IMG/VR virus record: IMGVR_UViG_3300020036_009452
Coordinates: 25,428-89,427 of that record
Reading direction: 5' to 3' (one strand)
Source of the DNA: a virus
Lineage: Duplodnaviria > Caudoviricetes
Length of the DNA: 64,000 nt
Positions 1 through 9,355 of this stretch are shown here, in pieces; positions within the stretch are counted from its first letter, which is position 1, and each line of letters opens with the position of its first letter. Under the pieces are notes generated by a model. It was not told the origin of the DNA and did no database searches. It worked only from the letters and a program-made list of their open reading frames with translations. The translations under genes were made by a program, and so were the position numbers.

Positions 1-1
1 T

Positions 2-643
2 TTTGAGGAAGTGCAGGAAGCATTGAATAAGAGAAGGGGAGTTCCAGTATACTATGTAGATAATCCTGGTACCCCATATGAAATAAAAGAGACTATTTTG
101 GAATTTATTCAAAATAGAAAGCTTTTGGAGCGTAACTTAGGGTTGGTAATAACTATCGACCACATTCTTTTAACAAAGGGAAGAAGTGGGGAGAATGAGA
201 AAGAAATCATTGACACATTAATGGATGTGTTAAATGAAATCAAAAAATACTGCGCACACATAGGTCTGCGCTGTCTCATACTGGGATTGAGCCAGTTAAA
301 TAGGGATATTGAAAGAATGGAACGAGTTGAGAATCCACTCTATCATTTCCCCAACAGGAACGACTTGTTTGCTGCTTCGTCTGTTTATCACACTTCCGAC
401 TATGTATTAATATCCCATAGACCGGCAACAGTGAATGGAATGAAGCGAATCATAAATGGTGTAGAGAAGGGATATGGACCGCCTAGAACGGAATTCCCGG
501 ACGGCTGGCCGCTTGTCTACCCAAAAGATCCAACTCGCGATATGGTGTATTGGCATTTGATAAAAGAGCGGTTTGGAAAGCCGGGAGTAATTGCCCTAGC
601 AGAGGATTTTAAACATTATAAATTAGAAGAAGTAACAGTTTAA
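2..643 (+). CDS. DnaB-like replicative helicase, C-terminal part (5' end lies outside the window)
   Basis: Frame open from the window edge. DnaB-type motifs ITIDHILL, LSQLNRDIE, DLFAASSVYHTSD, HLIKERFG. Ends TAA. Confidence 0.8.
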   Translation, partial: FEEVQEALNKRRGVPVYYVDNPGTPYEIKETILEFIQNRKLLERNLGLVITIDHILLTKGRSGENEKEIIDTLMDVLNEIKKYCAHIGLRCLILGLSQLNRDIERMERVENPLYHFPNRNDLFAASSVYHTSDYVLISHRPATVNGMKRIINGVEKGYGPPRTEFPDGWPLVYPKDPTRDMVYWHLIKERFGKPGVIALAEDFKHYKLEEVTV

Positions 644-644
644 T

Positions 645-1304
645 ATGAACTTAGTACAAATTACAGGATTACCCGCAACAGGGAAAACAACTGGGGCAAG
701 ATTCTTGAACCCAGATACTACCTACTATATTGATGCCGATGGAAAAGGCTTGTCTTGAAAGGGGTGGAAAAACAGTTATAATGTAGAGAAGAAAAACTAT
801 GCAAAAACTGCTGACCCAACCACCATATATAAGGTAGTAAAGGCCGTAAGTGAGACTCGGCCAGACATCAACTGCATTGTAATTGATACTATCAATGCTA
901 TGATGACAACGGAAGAAATGGCAATCCTCGAGTCCCCTTCTAGGGATAAATGGGCGGATTTAGCCGTGGACGTATGAAATTTATATAAACTTATCAGGGA
1001 AATAAAACGCGATGATTTTGTTGTGTTTGTCTTAGCCCACTGTGAAACGTATGATGTAAATGGTATTACTCATTATCGTACGATGGTAAACGGAAAGAAA
1101 TTGTCTAAAATCAATTTGAATGCTTTTCTTTCTTACAACCTTTACACAAAAGTGGGAGCTGGTCCCGATGGGAATTTTTCATATGATCTCATTACTAAAA
1201 GTGATGGGACGAATGAAGCCCGTTCAGTGATGGACGTGTTTCCTAATAAAATTGAGAATAATTTAGAAAATGTGAGAACTGCTGTAATCGCAGCAGAAAA
1301 TTAA
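645..1304 (+). CDS. AAA_24/Sak4-like P-loop ATPase, 219 aa, with two in-frame TGA read as Trp (756, 975)
   Basis: ATG 645: MNLVQITGLPATGKTT (Walker A), YYIDADGKGLS[TGA]KGWK, CIVIDTIN (Walker B), DLAVDV[TGA]NLY, then in frame with track ORF 1023..1304 (VLAH). Confidence 0.8.
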
Positions 1305-1325
1305 CAGTTTAAAAGCACAGACAGT

Positions 1326-1919
1326 ATGATACAAGCAAAGTTATTTCTGGATAGTGGTACATCAACCGGCGGGTCTAAGATTCCAGTTGGAATTCACCAA
1401 GGCACGGTAGTGTTTAGCGGGTTGACCACAGACCAGAACTGAACTGACATTCTCTTCACCGAACCAACCACGGGAAGAACAATTCACAAAAGATTATTCG
1501 CGCCAACAGGCAATCGACCGAAGGAAGGAGAGACTGTCCTGGACGCAAAGAATAGGGAACAGAGCAATAGGTTAGGACAATTGTCCAACCTGCTACTAGC
1601 CATAGTGGGATCAGAGGTAGTAGAGACTTTTGAAGCCTCAGATTATACAGAGTTTGTGGCGAAAGCCTCGGCACTGTTGAACCAGTATAAAAACGTACCG
1701 GTTAATTTGAAGGTAGTTCCAGACTACAAGGAGAAAATGTATTCCGATCTCCCCGACTTTGGAAGTTACGTGGAGAAGCATGAGGTCGGAAGTGAAACAC
1801 GCCTAAAATTTTCGGCGAAAGAAACTGCGGCAATCTCGGAAATGGAGCAAAATATTGCTACGAAGCTGAAAAGCGGAGAAGGCGGTATGTCGTCAGAGGA
1901 TCTTCAATCTTTGGTCTAA
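1326..1919 (+). CDS. Putative single-stranded DNA-binding protein, 197 aa, one in-frame TGA (1440)
   Basis: ATG 1326 runs through DQN[TGA]TDILF into track ORF 1581..1919. Position directly after a Sak4-like ATPase and a flexible, partly acidic tail fit an SSB; the function is inferred. Confidence 0.55.
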
Positions 1920-1989
1920 CAGATTTAATGGGATTACAAACTCTCCGTAGATAAGGTAATCCTTGCCCGTGGGGGCGCTATCTTTTCAC

Positions 1990-2024
1990 AGGGGCGGTGG
2001 GCTACAATCTACCGCCCCTTTTTT
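1990..2024 (+). terminator. Intrinsic terminator
   Basis: AGGGGCGGTGG-gctacaat-CTACCGCCCCT: 11-bp stem with one G.U pair, followed by TTTTT. Confidence 0.8.
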
Positions 2025-2032
2025 ATACTCTT

Positions 2033-2302
2033 ATGGTAACACTAGATGAATATGTGGTAACCCCAGGCGCACTAGATGCTCTCCTAAATGCCGAACCCAA
2101 TATATTAAACACAATAGGCATTGCATGTTACTCAGCCACTTTCACAAATCCGAAGGGTGAGGTTAATCAAATAAAGCGAGGATACATAGCCTACAATCCT
2201 ATTTTTTACTTAGAGGTACGTAGTCAAATAGACTGTTTCCTAATCGCACACTTTAAAGCCCAAAAAGTCTTGTCTGTCACCATTCACCATGATAAAAGCT
2301 AG
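2033..2302 (+). CDS. Hypothetical protein (89 aa)
   Basis: ATG 2033 just after the terminator; the track start at 1997 lies inside the hairpin. Ends TAG overlapping the primase start. Confidence 0.5.
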   Translation: MVTLDEYVVTPGALDALLNAEPNILNTIGIACYSATFTNPKGEVNQIKRGYIAYNPIFYLEVRSQIDCFLIAHFKAQKVLSVTIHHDKS

Positions 2303-3251
2303 CGAACACACCGGAACCCTAGATAGAGCTCTAACGATCTCTGCATTTGAGTATTACTTACGTGCAGATGTCCAGATAGGTGGAAAGACTTATCGTAACC
2401 CTCTTAGGGATGACAAGAATCCCAGCTGTGCTTTTTGATTGGGGCAGAATGATTTAATCTTCATAGATTTTGCGACTGGGAAGCGCTATACGATTGTCGA
2501 GTTTGTGAAGACCAAATTTGGGCTTAACTACTCAGATGCCGTTGCGCGCATAAGAAAGGACTCGATTTACTTTAAGTCCAAAGAAATCCAGGTGTCAGAT
2601 AAAGAAGCTGTCACTTTCACATTTACAGCCCAGAATATGGCAGAAGCCATGCACTACTGGGACAAGTATAAAATCCCACAGAACATCGCAGAGAAATACG
2701 CATTCTATGTCAAAAATCTCTACAGGAACGAAGTATTTATTGGGAGAAGTAGCAAAACCAATCCAATTTTTGTATACAAGTTCCAAAGTGGGCACATGAA
2801 GATCTACCGTCCTCTGAGTCCTGATCGGATGAAGAAATGAGGCGGTAATGCAACCGCTGAGGATATTGGTGGATTATTTCAGCTACCCAGGAGAGGCAAG
2901 CTGCTGTTCATCACTTCATCTATTAAAGATATAATGGTATTAAAACAACATGGGTTTAATGCTATTTGCTTTAGCGGAGAAGGAACTGGGACAACCGCTG
3001 CAACATTTGAAGTGGTACGTCCATATGTCAAAGGGTTGCAAAAGCGATTTGAGCATGTGGTGTTGTTCCTTGATGGGGATGAAGCGGGCATAAATTTTAC
3101 CCGCATACTATCCCAGAAATTACGCGTGAAATCTATTAATCTAGATGCCAAGTGCAAAGACATCTCGGATTATCAAAAAATAAACGGTATATATCGTACC
3201 AAAAAAATCATAAAGAAAAAGCTAAGCAAATGTTTCAAGTTTCCCGTTTAA
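2289..3251 (+). CDS. DNA primase (TOPRIM), 320 aa, two in-frame TGA (2436, 2838)
   Basis: N-terminal NPLRDDKNPSCAF[TGA]LGQNDLIFIDFATG; KIYRP...KK[TGA]GGN...GGLFQLP...FITSSIKDIMVL; TOPRIM FLDGDEAG. Joins track ORFs 2439..2840 and 2934..3251 in one frame. Confidence 0.85.
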
Positions 3252-3580
3252 ATGTCATCCTTGCGTGCGTGCTCTCAGCTCTGCTAGCAATGGCCGCCCC
3301 AATCATTGTGCATAAAATAGCACAAAATTTAGAGAACACAATTAACGCATCACAGACGCGTTACAAGATTAACATAACAGAATTCGCCAGTGACAGCACA
3401 GTAATGACATTCACTACATACATGCAGACCCTGAATCGCCCCGAAGCTGAGAAAGAATTCAAACGGCAATGCTTTACAGTTTGCGACGAAGTGGAGTGCC
3501 CCGATAGCATAATTTTCACGCTTGTAGCGGAAACACCCACGACATTAAATGTCCTTATGGACTCAACCATCCGAAAGTAA
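3230..3580 (+). CDS. Hypothetical protein with an N-terminal membrane anchor (116 aa)
   Basis: ATG 3230, hydrophobic LNVILACVLSALLAMAAPIIV; TAATG coupling to ung. Confidence 0.55.
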   Translation: MFQVSRLNVILACVLSALLAMAAPIIVHKIAQNLENTINASQTRYKINITEFASDSTVMTFTTYMQTLNRPEAEKEFKRQCFTVCDEVECPDSIIFTLVAETPTTLNVLMDSTIRK

Positions 3581-4278
3581 TGAAGCATGACAATATGATT
3601 CCATTTGTGGGAGAATCCTGGTTATTACCTTTAGGAAAGGCTTTCGACTATGTGAAAACAGATGTCATCCCATACCTAAAGGAAGAAAGGGAAAGATTAG
3701 AATTAGAAAACCTAGACAATCCGTCAAAGAAAGCTAAGACTATTTATCCCTCTACACTATCCAATGTTTTCAGGGCTTTCAAAGAAACACCCTATCCAAC
3801 GGTAAGAGTAGTTATAATTGGGCAAGATCCCTATCACGATGGATCTGCCACCGGCTGCGCATTTGACAATGCAAAAACTAAGAAACCTTCCCCGTCTTTA
3901 CGAAACATTCTCAAAGAGATAGGAAAGGAATTTGGGAAATCCGCAGCCGATGACAATGTGTTGAGTTACTTGGAGCACCTTCCTTCACAGGGGGTGCTCC
4001 TCCTTAACACTGCCCTAACAGTTGAAAGCGCCAGTCGTGGGTCACATCTTGAAATCTGGCGTCCATTTACTGAGGAAGTAATAAAGGCACTAAACAAAAC
4101 TCCAGACATAGTTTGGGTTTTATGGGGAGGAAAAGCTCATAAATTCAAAGAGCTTATAAATCCAAGACACAAAATTGTTATGGGCGCACATCCTTCTCCT
4201 TTTTCATACCATCTGTTTAAGGATCAAGGGCACTTTTCTAAAATAAACGTTCATTTAAAAAATAAGATCCGATGGTAA
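3580..4278 (+). CDS. ung: Uracil-DNA glycosylase, family 1
   Basis: GQDPYH, PSLRNI, GVLLLN, LWG and HPSP motifs. Confidence 0.93.
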   Translation: MKHDNMIPFVGESWLLPLGKAFDYVKTDVIPYLKEERERLELENLDNPSKKAKTIYPSTLSNVFRAFKETPYPTVRVVIIGQDPYHDGSATGCAFDNAKTKKPSPSLRNILKEIGKEFGKSAADDNVLSYLEHLPSQGVLLLNTALTVESASRGSHLEIWRPFTEEVIKALNKTPDIVWVLWGGKAHKFKELINPRHKIVMGAHPSPFSYHLFKDQGHFSKINVHLKNKIRW

Positions 4279-5042
4279 TCACAGACGAGGCCACAAGGAA
4301 GGCCTTACCAAATCTCCAAGAACTCTTTTTTAACTTAAAGCCAAACGTGTCCGGTGTTTTTAACGACGGCCGTTTCGCCAAAGAGCATGAAAAGAGTGTT
4401 CACATTAACCCCGTAAAAGCTGTAAAGCTGTCAGAAAACAAAGGTGACCTGTTCACAGCGTTGCGCAAAGAAGGCTATGCAGTTCCCGAATTTGCACCCG
4501 CCGAACTTTTTGAAGAAAAAGGAGTGTTCGCCATTGACGTGCTGCAAGAGAAGTTTCCACTGTCTGACCCAGACCTTGAAACATTGTTCACTTGCAAGAA
4601 CAAGATGACGACTATTGAAGACTTGGCCGAGCTGTTGCAGTTGCTGGGAACTGGGATGTCACCTGGCGGTGCCTTCTTTAATTTACCCAAGGGATACCAG
4701 TCTGCAGTTGTTTCAACAATCCCAAACGCCCGAGGCACTAACCTCAACTTGGGCACCACTACCACAAACAATGGGATTCTATCCCAGACTCTTCCATCGT
4801 CCCTGGGGGCAGACCGGCGTGCCGAAGCCCTGGAATTGGCCCGTAATGTAGTCGATGAGTTGAACCTCGATTATGCCCACGTCACAATTGCTCTGTGCGA
4901 AGAGACGATGCTGGTAATCGATGTTGAAACATCACTGCGACGCCAAGATTGTGTCGCTTTGCGGTCTTACATTGACCATCTGATGAAGGCCCAAGCAAGA
5001 AAAAATAATCCACTGCAAAATGCAAGAAGAACCAAAAGGTAG
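4272..5042 (+). CDS. Divergent ATP-grasp (RimK-like) fold protein
   Basis: INPVKAVKLSENKGDLFTALRKEGYAVP resembles the ATP-grasp N-terminus; ELARNVVDELNLDYAHVTI...LVIDVET resembles the C-terminal strands, with the catalytic residues altered. Confidence 0.5.
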   Translation: MVITDEATRKALPNLQELFFNLKPNVSGVFNDGRFAKEHEKSVHINPVKAVKLSENKGDLFTALRKEGYAVPEFAPAELFEEKGVFAIDVLQEKFPLSDPDLETLFTCKNKMTTIEDLAELLQLLGTGMSPGGAFFNLPKGYQSAVVSTIPNARGTNLNLGTTTTNNGILSQTLPSSLGADRRAEALELARNVVDELNLDYAHVTIALCEETMLVIDVETSLRRQDCVALRSYIDHLMKAQARKNNPLQNARRTKR

Positions 5043-5385
5043 AAATCCACTAGAGAATTACGCCTGAGTTAAGTTACGGTCCGCTGGTATACAGTTTGAT
5101 TACGAAAGAGTAGTCGAGCTGTTACCAGCGTTTTTGTATAACGGGCTCATTATAGAAAAAGGGAAGAGAGGCTTATCTGCTAGATCCCCAAACTTTGAAA
5201 ACATCGAATATAAACCGGACTTTATGGGGGTAGACTGGGTGATAGAAACAAAAGGATTGAGACGCCCAGACTTTGATTTACGTTGAAAGCTATTTAAACA
5301 CAAAGTCAAGAGTAAGAAAATGTTATTGCTAATGCCAGGCAATATGAAACAAGTAGATGAATGTATAGAATTACTAAAATTATGA
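5020..5385 (+). CDS. T7 endonuclease I-like Holliday junction resolvase (PD-(D/E)xK); in-frame TGA at 5065 and 5284; ends at TGA 5383 or reads on to TAG 5491
   Basis: Missing from the ORF track. LENYA[TGA]VKLRSAGIQFDYE...YKPDFMGVDWVIETKG...FDLR[TGA]KLFK...QVDECIELL. Confidence 0.75.
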
Positions 5386-5389
5386 ACTA

Positions 5390-6430
5390 ATGGAAAACGA
5401 GATGCCGGATCCTATAGAGCAATACTACAGCTCGCGAAGAATTTCAAACAGCCTGCTAAAAAGCATACAAAATCCAAGAGCAGCAAAGCTTAGGCGAGAT
5501 TTCCCTGAATTATATGAGAAGAATTCAACATCTTTAAAAATAGGCTCAGCAGTTGACTGTTTACTAACTGACCCAAAAGCCTGGATTAAAAAATTTAGAG
5601 TCTTAACGGTAAATAAACCTTACGGCTTCATGGGAAGTTTTGTTGAAGGATTACCAAAAGGTATTACGAAAGAAAGCCCAAGTGAGGATTTTGAAGGGGC
5701 CTATTGGCTCTCAGGATATAAGATGTCACTGGATTGGGTTGTGAATCGTTTTTGAAATACTCCAGATGCAGTTGAGTACTATTACAGCCAGCAAGATCTT
5801 CATGGGATAACTGTTCTCTCTAGAGATGAATATGAGTCCGTATTGAAAGCAGTTGAGCTTATTAACATTTCCCCATTTACAAAACCATACTTCACTTGTG
5901 AGCATAGCTTTGAAGAGTTGATGCACCAAGTTCCTATTTACTTTGAACTAGAGGGGCAGGAATTCAAGGCGCTTCTCGATGGGATTCGTATAAATCATAA
6001 AGACGAAACTATTGAGCCATTTGATTTAAAAACTATAGGCAAGTCAGTATTCGACTTTCCACAAAGTTATGTGGACTACGGGTACTACACACAGGCTGCC
6101 TTGTATGATTATGCAATTAGGACACCAAACAGTCCTGTGTTCGCATACATAGACCAGGGGTACAGGGTTAAAGACTTCACTTTTATAGTAGTTGAAACCA
6201 AGACCTCATCTACAAATCCGGCAATAATCTACACCACTACCCAGAAAGAGCGTAATTGCGGGTTTGAGGGAGGTGTAGTTAATAATAAATACTACAAGGG
6301 CATTTATCAGCTCCTTGATGATTACTTGTGGCACGAGTCCACAGACCAATGAACCTATCCCAAAGAAGTCTTTCAAAATTTAGGTAAAATTACATTGGAC
6401 GTTTTTAAATACAATGAAACACACAATTAG
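5390..6430 (+). CDS. PD-(D/E)xK exonuclease (DUF3799/RecE-like), 346 aa, two in-frame TGA (5753, 6350)
   Basis: ISNSLLK, GSAVDCLLT, FKALLDGI..FDLKT, YYTQAALY, FIVVE, LWH..DQ[TGA]TYPKE. Joins track ORFs 5390..5755 and 5843..6352 and ends at TAG 6428. Confidence 0.75.
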
Positions 6431-6965
6431 CGCATTATTTCTCTCCCCGCTCCTTGAACTAAAGAAGGAAGCGCCGCTAAATATATACGATCCGGCCTAC
6501 TATTTAGACACTTATTCGGGGGACGTACACAGGGAGGAATACCGCAACTGAACAGCAGGAGATTTCGTTCTTCTGGAATATAACAGTAATCTGCCAGAGA
6601 GCTTGATTGAATACTTTCAAAAGCGCTCGACTTTTGTAGAGATGTACGACCCGCAGAAGGGGAAACGTATCTTTGTATTCAGACTACCGCAGGAGGTTAA
6701 AAAGTCTTACACTGCCAAAGTTTTGGCGGGCAAGTACTCAGAAGCAGACAGACAGGTCGTGGACAAGTATTTTCCAAACGATCCTAGCCACCCACTTTAT
6801 GGAAACCGGTTGGTGTTCGATAAGGGTGAACAATGGCGAAACTATTGGGACGCGCGAGGCGTCGTAATACCGGAAAACGCAGAGGTCTATTCAAAGCCAC
6901 AGGCAAAAAATGAACAGTATGGATATGTTAAACCAAATTCAGGGGACGATGGCGAACTTGCTTAA
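6414..6965 (+). CDS. Hypothetical protein (183 aa), one in-frame TGA (6549)
   Basis: ATG 6414 overlaps the exonuclease end and runs through YRN[TGA]TAG(D) into track ORF 6603..6965. Confidence 0.65.
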
Positions 6966-7380
6966 CGCTGGAGTTGAAAAGTTAAAGTTCTTAAATCGAA
7001 TACTGGATCCTGAGCGCATTGCGCAAATTAGCCAAACCCACACTCGAAGGGAAGAGGCTTTGCTAGCCTTAGGTTTAGAGGAAAAAGACCTCATAGTTAT
7101 TGAGGAAGAAAAAGCGGGGAAACGCGAATTTATTCGCCGGGCAATTGCTCGTTCTAACCCCTCATTCGGAAGATTCCTAACCGAGGCTTATGTACATTAC
7201 GAGACAACAAAAAACCCAAAAGCGCAATCGCGCATTAGCAAGGTTGACAGCCTTGAAAAGCTACAACAAGAATTGAACACATGAAATCCCGAAACGTTAA
7301 AAGCGGAGGACCTATTGTCCGCCTGTGTTCAACTCTACTTGCTGCATCGGAAACTGCCCAAAACTAAGCCAGAACCTTAA
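6910..7380 (+). CDS. Hypothetical helical protein; ends at TGA 7282 or, if read through, at TAA 7378
   Basis: Track ORF 6910..7284 plus a protein-like continuation WNPETLKAEDLLSACVQLYLLHRKLPKTKPEP. Confidence 0.5.
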
Positions 7381-7468
7381 GACCTCATTAGTCTCATGCC
7401 ACCTCTGGATTTAGAATGTAAAAAGAAGTCAACGTACTTTGGCAGTTAGAAAGCGCTACAAAAAGAAA

Positions 7469-7505
7469 GCCCCCTTCCTGGATCGCTCCGGGTTGGGGGT
7501 TTTTT
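7469..7505 (+). terminator. Intrinsic terminator closing the replication block (possibly bidirectional)
   Basis: GCCCCC-tt-CCTGGA-tcgc-TCCGGG-tt-GGGGGT with an A-tract upstream and a T-tract downstream. Confidence 0.75.
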
Positions 7506-7544
7506 ATTTTAAATTTTACCTGTTCACCATAAATTTACACACAC

Positions 7545-8516
7545 ATGAATCTTTTTAAAGCTTTCCTATTACTCCTTGCAGGATTCTTCACAGTCGTCAC
7601 GTTTCAACGATGCGCCACTGATCCACAACTCTCTGGCCCAGCTGCCTACCTCCCATACTTGGGGCTTTTGGCAATCCTGGGAGTGGTTGTTTACTTCCGA
7701 AAGCGTTTGGCAAGGTGGTTAAAAGCCACACCAATCCTATTAGTGCTGTTCACGACCAGCTGTGACTTTGTAGCTTCCGACAAGATCGGGGTTTGGGTTA
7801 AGAACTATGGAAAGACAGTCGATGATTACCAGCTAATACTGGGGAAATTCCCTGTTGACTGGTCTTACTCGACTTGGACCCTTGAATACCCCGGTACTAA
7901 CTTTCCAGTCCAAATTGACCCGATACAAATGTACTGTAAGGATGGGGTTGGCGTGTTTGTCGACCCAAGCGTTCTTTGCGCTCTTATCAAGAGTGACGAG
8001 GCGTGCCGAAAGTACGCCTCTCAATTTACTGCTTATCGCGATGGTCCCGCATTTCAAGAAGCGATTGCGCAGACAATCTTCAAAGAGACCATTGCGGCCT
8101 GCCGCCAAGTTGTGCAAAACACAGTGTCTGATTCATTATTGGGAAACCGAGGAAGATACTACACAATGATGGAGGTTGACTTAGGGCAGAAATTAGTTTC
8201 GGTCTATGGCGTATGGTTGAAGCAATTTTCTGTGGAAATCAGTGTCGACCCAACTCTGCAGCAGGCTATCAATGGGAGATTGAATGAACAAGAGAAGACG
8301 AAAAAGACCCTAGCCTCGGTTGAAAACGAAAAGGCGGAGATTAAGTTGATGGAACTGAGAAAAGTGAAAATTGATCTTGAAAGTCAAGCCTATTCACCAC
8401 AATTCCTGCGGAAGTTGGAACTTGACTATTCGTACAATGCCTGGATGGCTCTTGCCAACTCACCCAACAAGGTCTTTGTGGGCGGCACCCCAACGAAATT
8501 TCTAATTAATCCTTAG
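7545..8516 (+). CDS. SPFH/Band-7 (prohibitin-like) membrane protein with a lipobox-like signal
   Basis: N-terminal hydrophobic segments, LLVLFTTSC, IGVWVKNYG, CKDGVGVFVDPSV, and C-terminal coiled coil LQQAINGRLNEQEK..KAEI..KVFV. Confidence 0.8.
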   Translation: MNLFKAFLLLLAGFFTVVTFQRCATDPQLSGPAAYLPYLGLLAILGVVVYFRKRLARWLKATPILLVLFTTSCDFVASDKIGVWVKNYGKTVDDYQLILGKFPVDWSYSTWTLEYPGTNFPVQIDPIQMYCKDGVGVFVDPSVLCALIKSDEACRKYASQFTAYRDGPAFQEAIAQTIFKETIAACRQVVQNTVSDSLLGNRGRYYTMMEVDLGQKLVSVYGVWLKQFSVEISVDPTLQQAINGRLNEQEKTKKTLASVENEKAEIKLMELRKVKIDLESQAYSPQFLRKLELDYSYNAWMALANSPNKVFVGGTPTKFLINP

Positions 8517-8539
8517 TCAATCATCTGTTAGCAGGTAAA

Positions 8540-8571
8540 TCGGTGGCTCTAGTAAAGTCTGGGGCCACCGA
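8540..8571 (+). terminator. Intergenic RNA hairpin (terminator or processing site)
   Basis: TCGGTGGCTCTAG-taaagt-CTGGGGCCACCGA: 13-bp stem with 2 G.U pairs and a weak T-tract. Confidence 0.6.
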
Positions 8572-8583
8572 ACATTTTAATTT

Positions 8584-8889
8584 ATGGAAAACTCATCTAC
8601 AATTTTAAACTGGAACATAGCTGCCCCTGCTAAGTCAGTAAGTGAGCAGCTACAAAAACAAGTAGACTACGCTAAAGGCCTTTTCATGGCCTGGAGAAAA
8701 CGTAACCCAGAAGCGTCAAACATTTTGGTTTTCAAACATGTTCTACAAGGATACCTCGTTCGAGTCCTTCTTAGTGAAGGGCAGTTTGAGGTGGCCTTTG
8801 ACAGGTTGGATGCCTTTTGGGAAGAATACACCATGGATTACATCTCGATTTGGGAAAAAGAATATCAATCTAAGCATGAACTTATTTAG
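8584..8889 (+). CDS. Hypothetical protein (101 aa)
   Basis: ATG after an AT-rich leader; ends TAG; 4 Trp, all TGG. Confidence 0.6.
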   Translation: MENSSTILNWNIAAPAKSVSEQLQKQVDYAKGLFMAWRKRNPEASNILVFKHVLQGYLVRVLLSEGQFEVAFDRLDAFWEEYTMDYISIWEKEYQSKHELI

Positions 8890-9271
8890 AGATCTATTGA
8901 CAAATTTACGTTTGGGGAAGAAAAAGGATTACCCCAAATACACAGCGCACTTTTTGAAACACTTGAATCATTCAATGACTGAACTTGTACTCCGTGAAGA
9001 AGCTTTTCTCTTACATCAAATCCTGTGTAATGAAAAAGTGCTGTTGGAAATCCAGCACATCTCGCGGCGTGTTTCAGTTGTCACAATCGAAAAATATGAA
9101 GAGTCGACTGATTTACTTCGTAATATTCAATCTAGCAATCTTAGGGGGGATGTTTTACATGCTCTACGGGGGGATGAATCCCTCGATCTACTTCATACTG
9201 GTACTCATACTCATTGTGGAATTCTATTTCATGAAAGAGTTGCGATACTTTATCCGGTATGGACGATTTAG
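8876..9271 (+). CDS. Hypothetical protein (131 aa)
   Basis: ATG 8876 overlaps the previous gene's end; part of track ORF 8738..9271. Confidence 0.45.
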   Translation: MNLFRDLLTNLRLGKKKDYPKYTAHFLKHLNHSMTELVLREEAFLLHQILCNEKVLLEIQHISRRVSVVTIEKYEESTDLLRNIQSSNLRGDVLHALRGDESLDLLHTGTHTHCGILFHERVAILYPVWTI

Positions 9272-9287
9272 CCCCCCTAAGATTTGA
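9096..9287 (+). CDS. Small two-TM membrane protein (63 aa), ending in TGA
   Basis: MKSRLIYFVIFNLAILGGMFYMLYGG..SIYFILVLILIVEFYFMKELRYF; TGA 9285 sits 11 nt before a terminator. Confidence 0.55.
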   Translation: MKSRLIYFVIFNLAILGGMFYMLYGGMNPSIYFILVLILIVEFYFMKELRYFIRYGRFSPPKI

Positions 9288-9298
9288 AGTGTGATAGG

Positions 9299-9337
9299 CT
9301 CCCTCGCTGCAAAAGTGCGGTGGGGGAGATTTTTATT
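9299..9337 (+). terminator. Intrinsic terminator
   Basis: CTCCCTCGCTGCA-aaag-TGCGGTGGGGGAG: 13-bp stem with G.U pairs, followed by ATTTTTATTT. Confidence 0.7.
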
Positions 9338-9355
9338 TCATCTAAAACTCAAACA

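Noticed and set aside
7405-7505. Promoter (TTAG-N20-TACTTTG) for a ~60-nt small RNA, or a 17-aa ORF
   Set aside because: The -7 box is one base short of TAnnTTTG, and the in-frame mini-ORF has no independent support.
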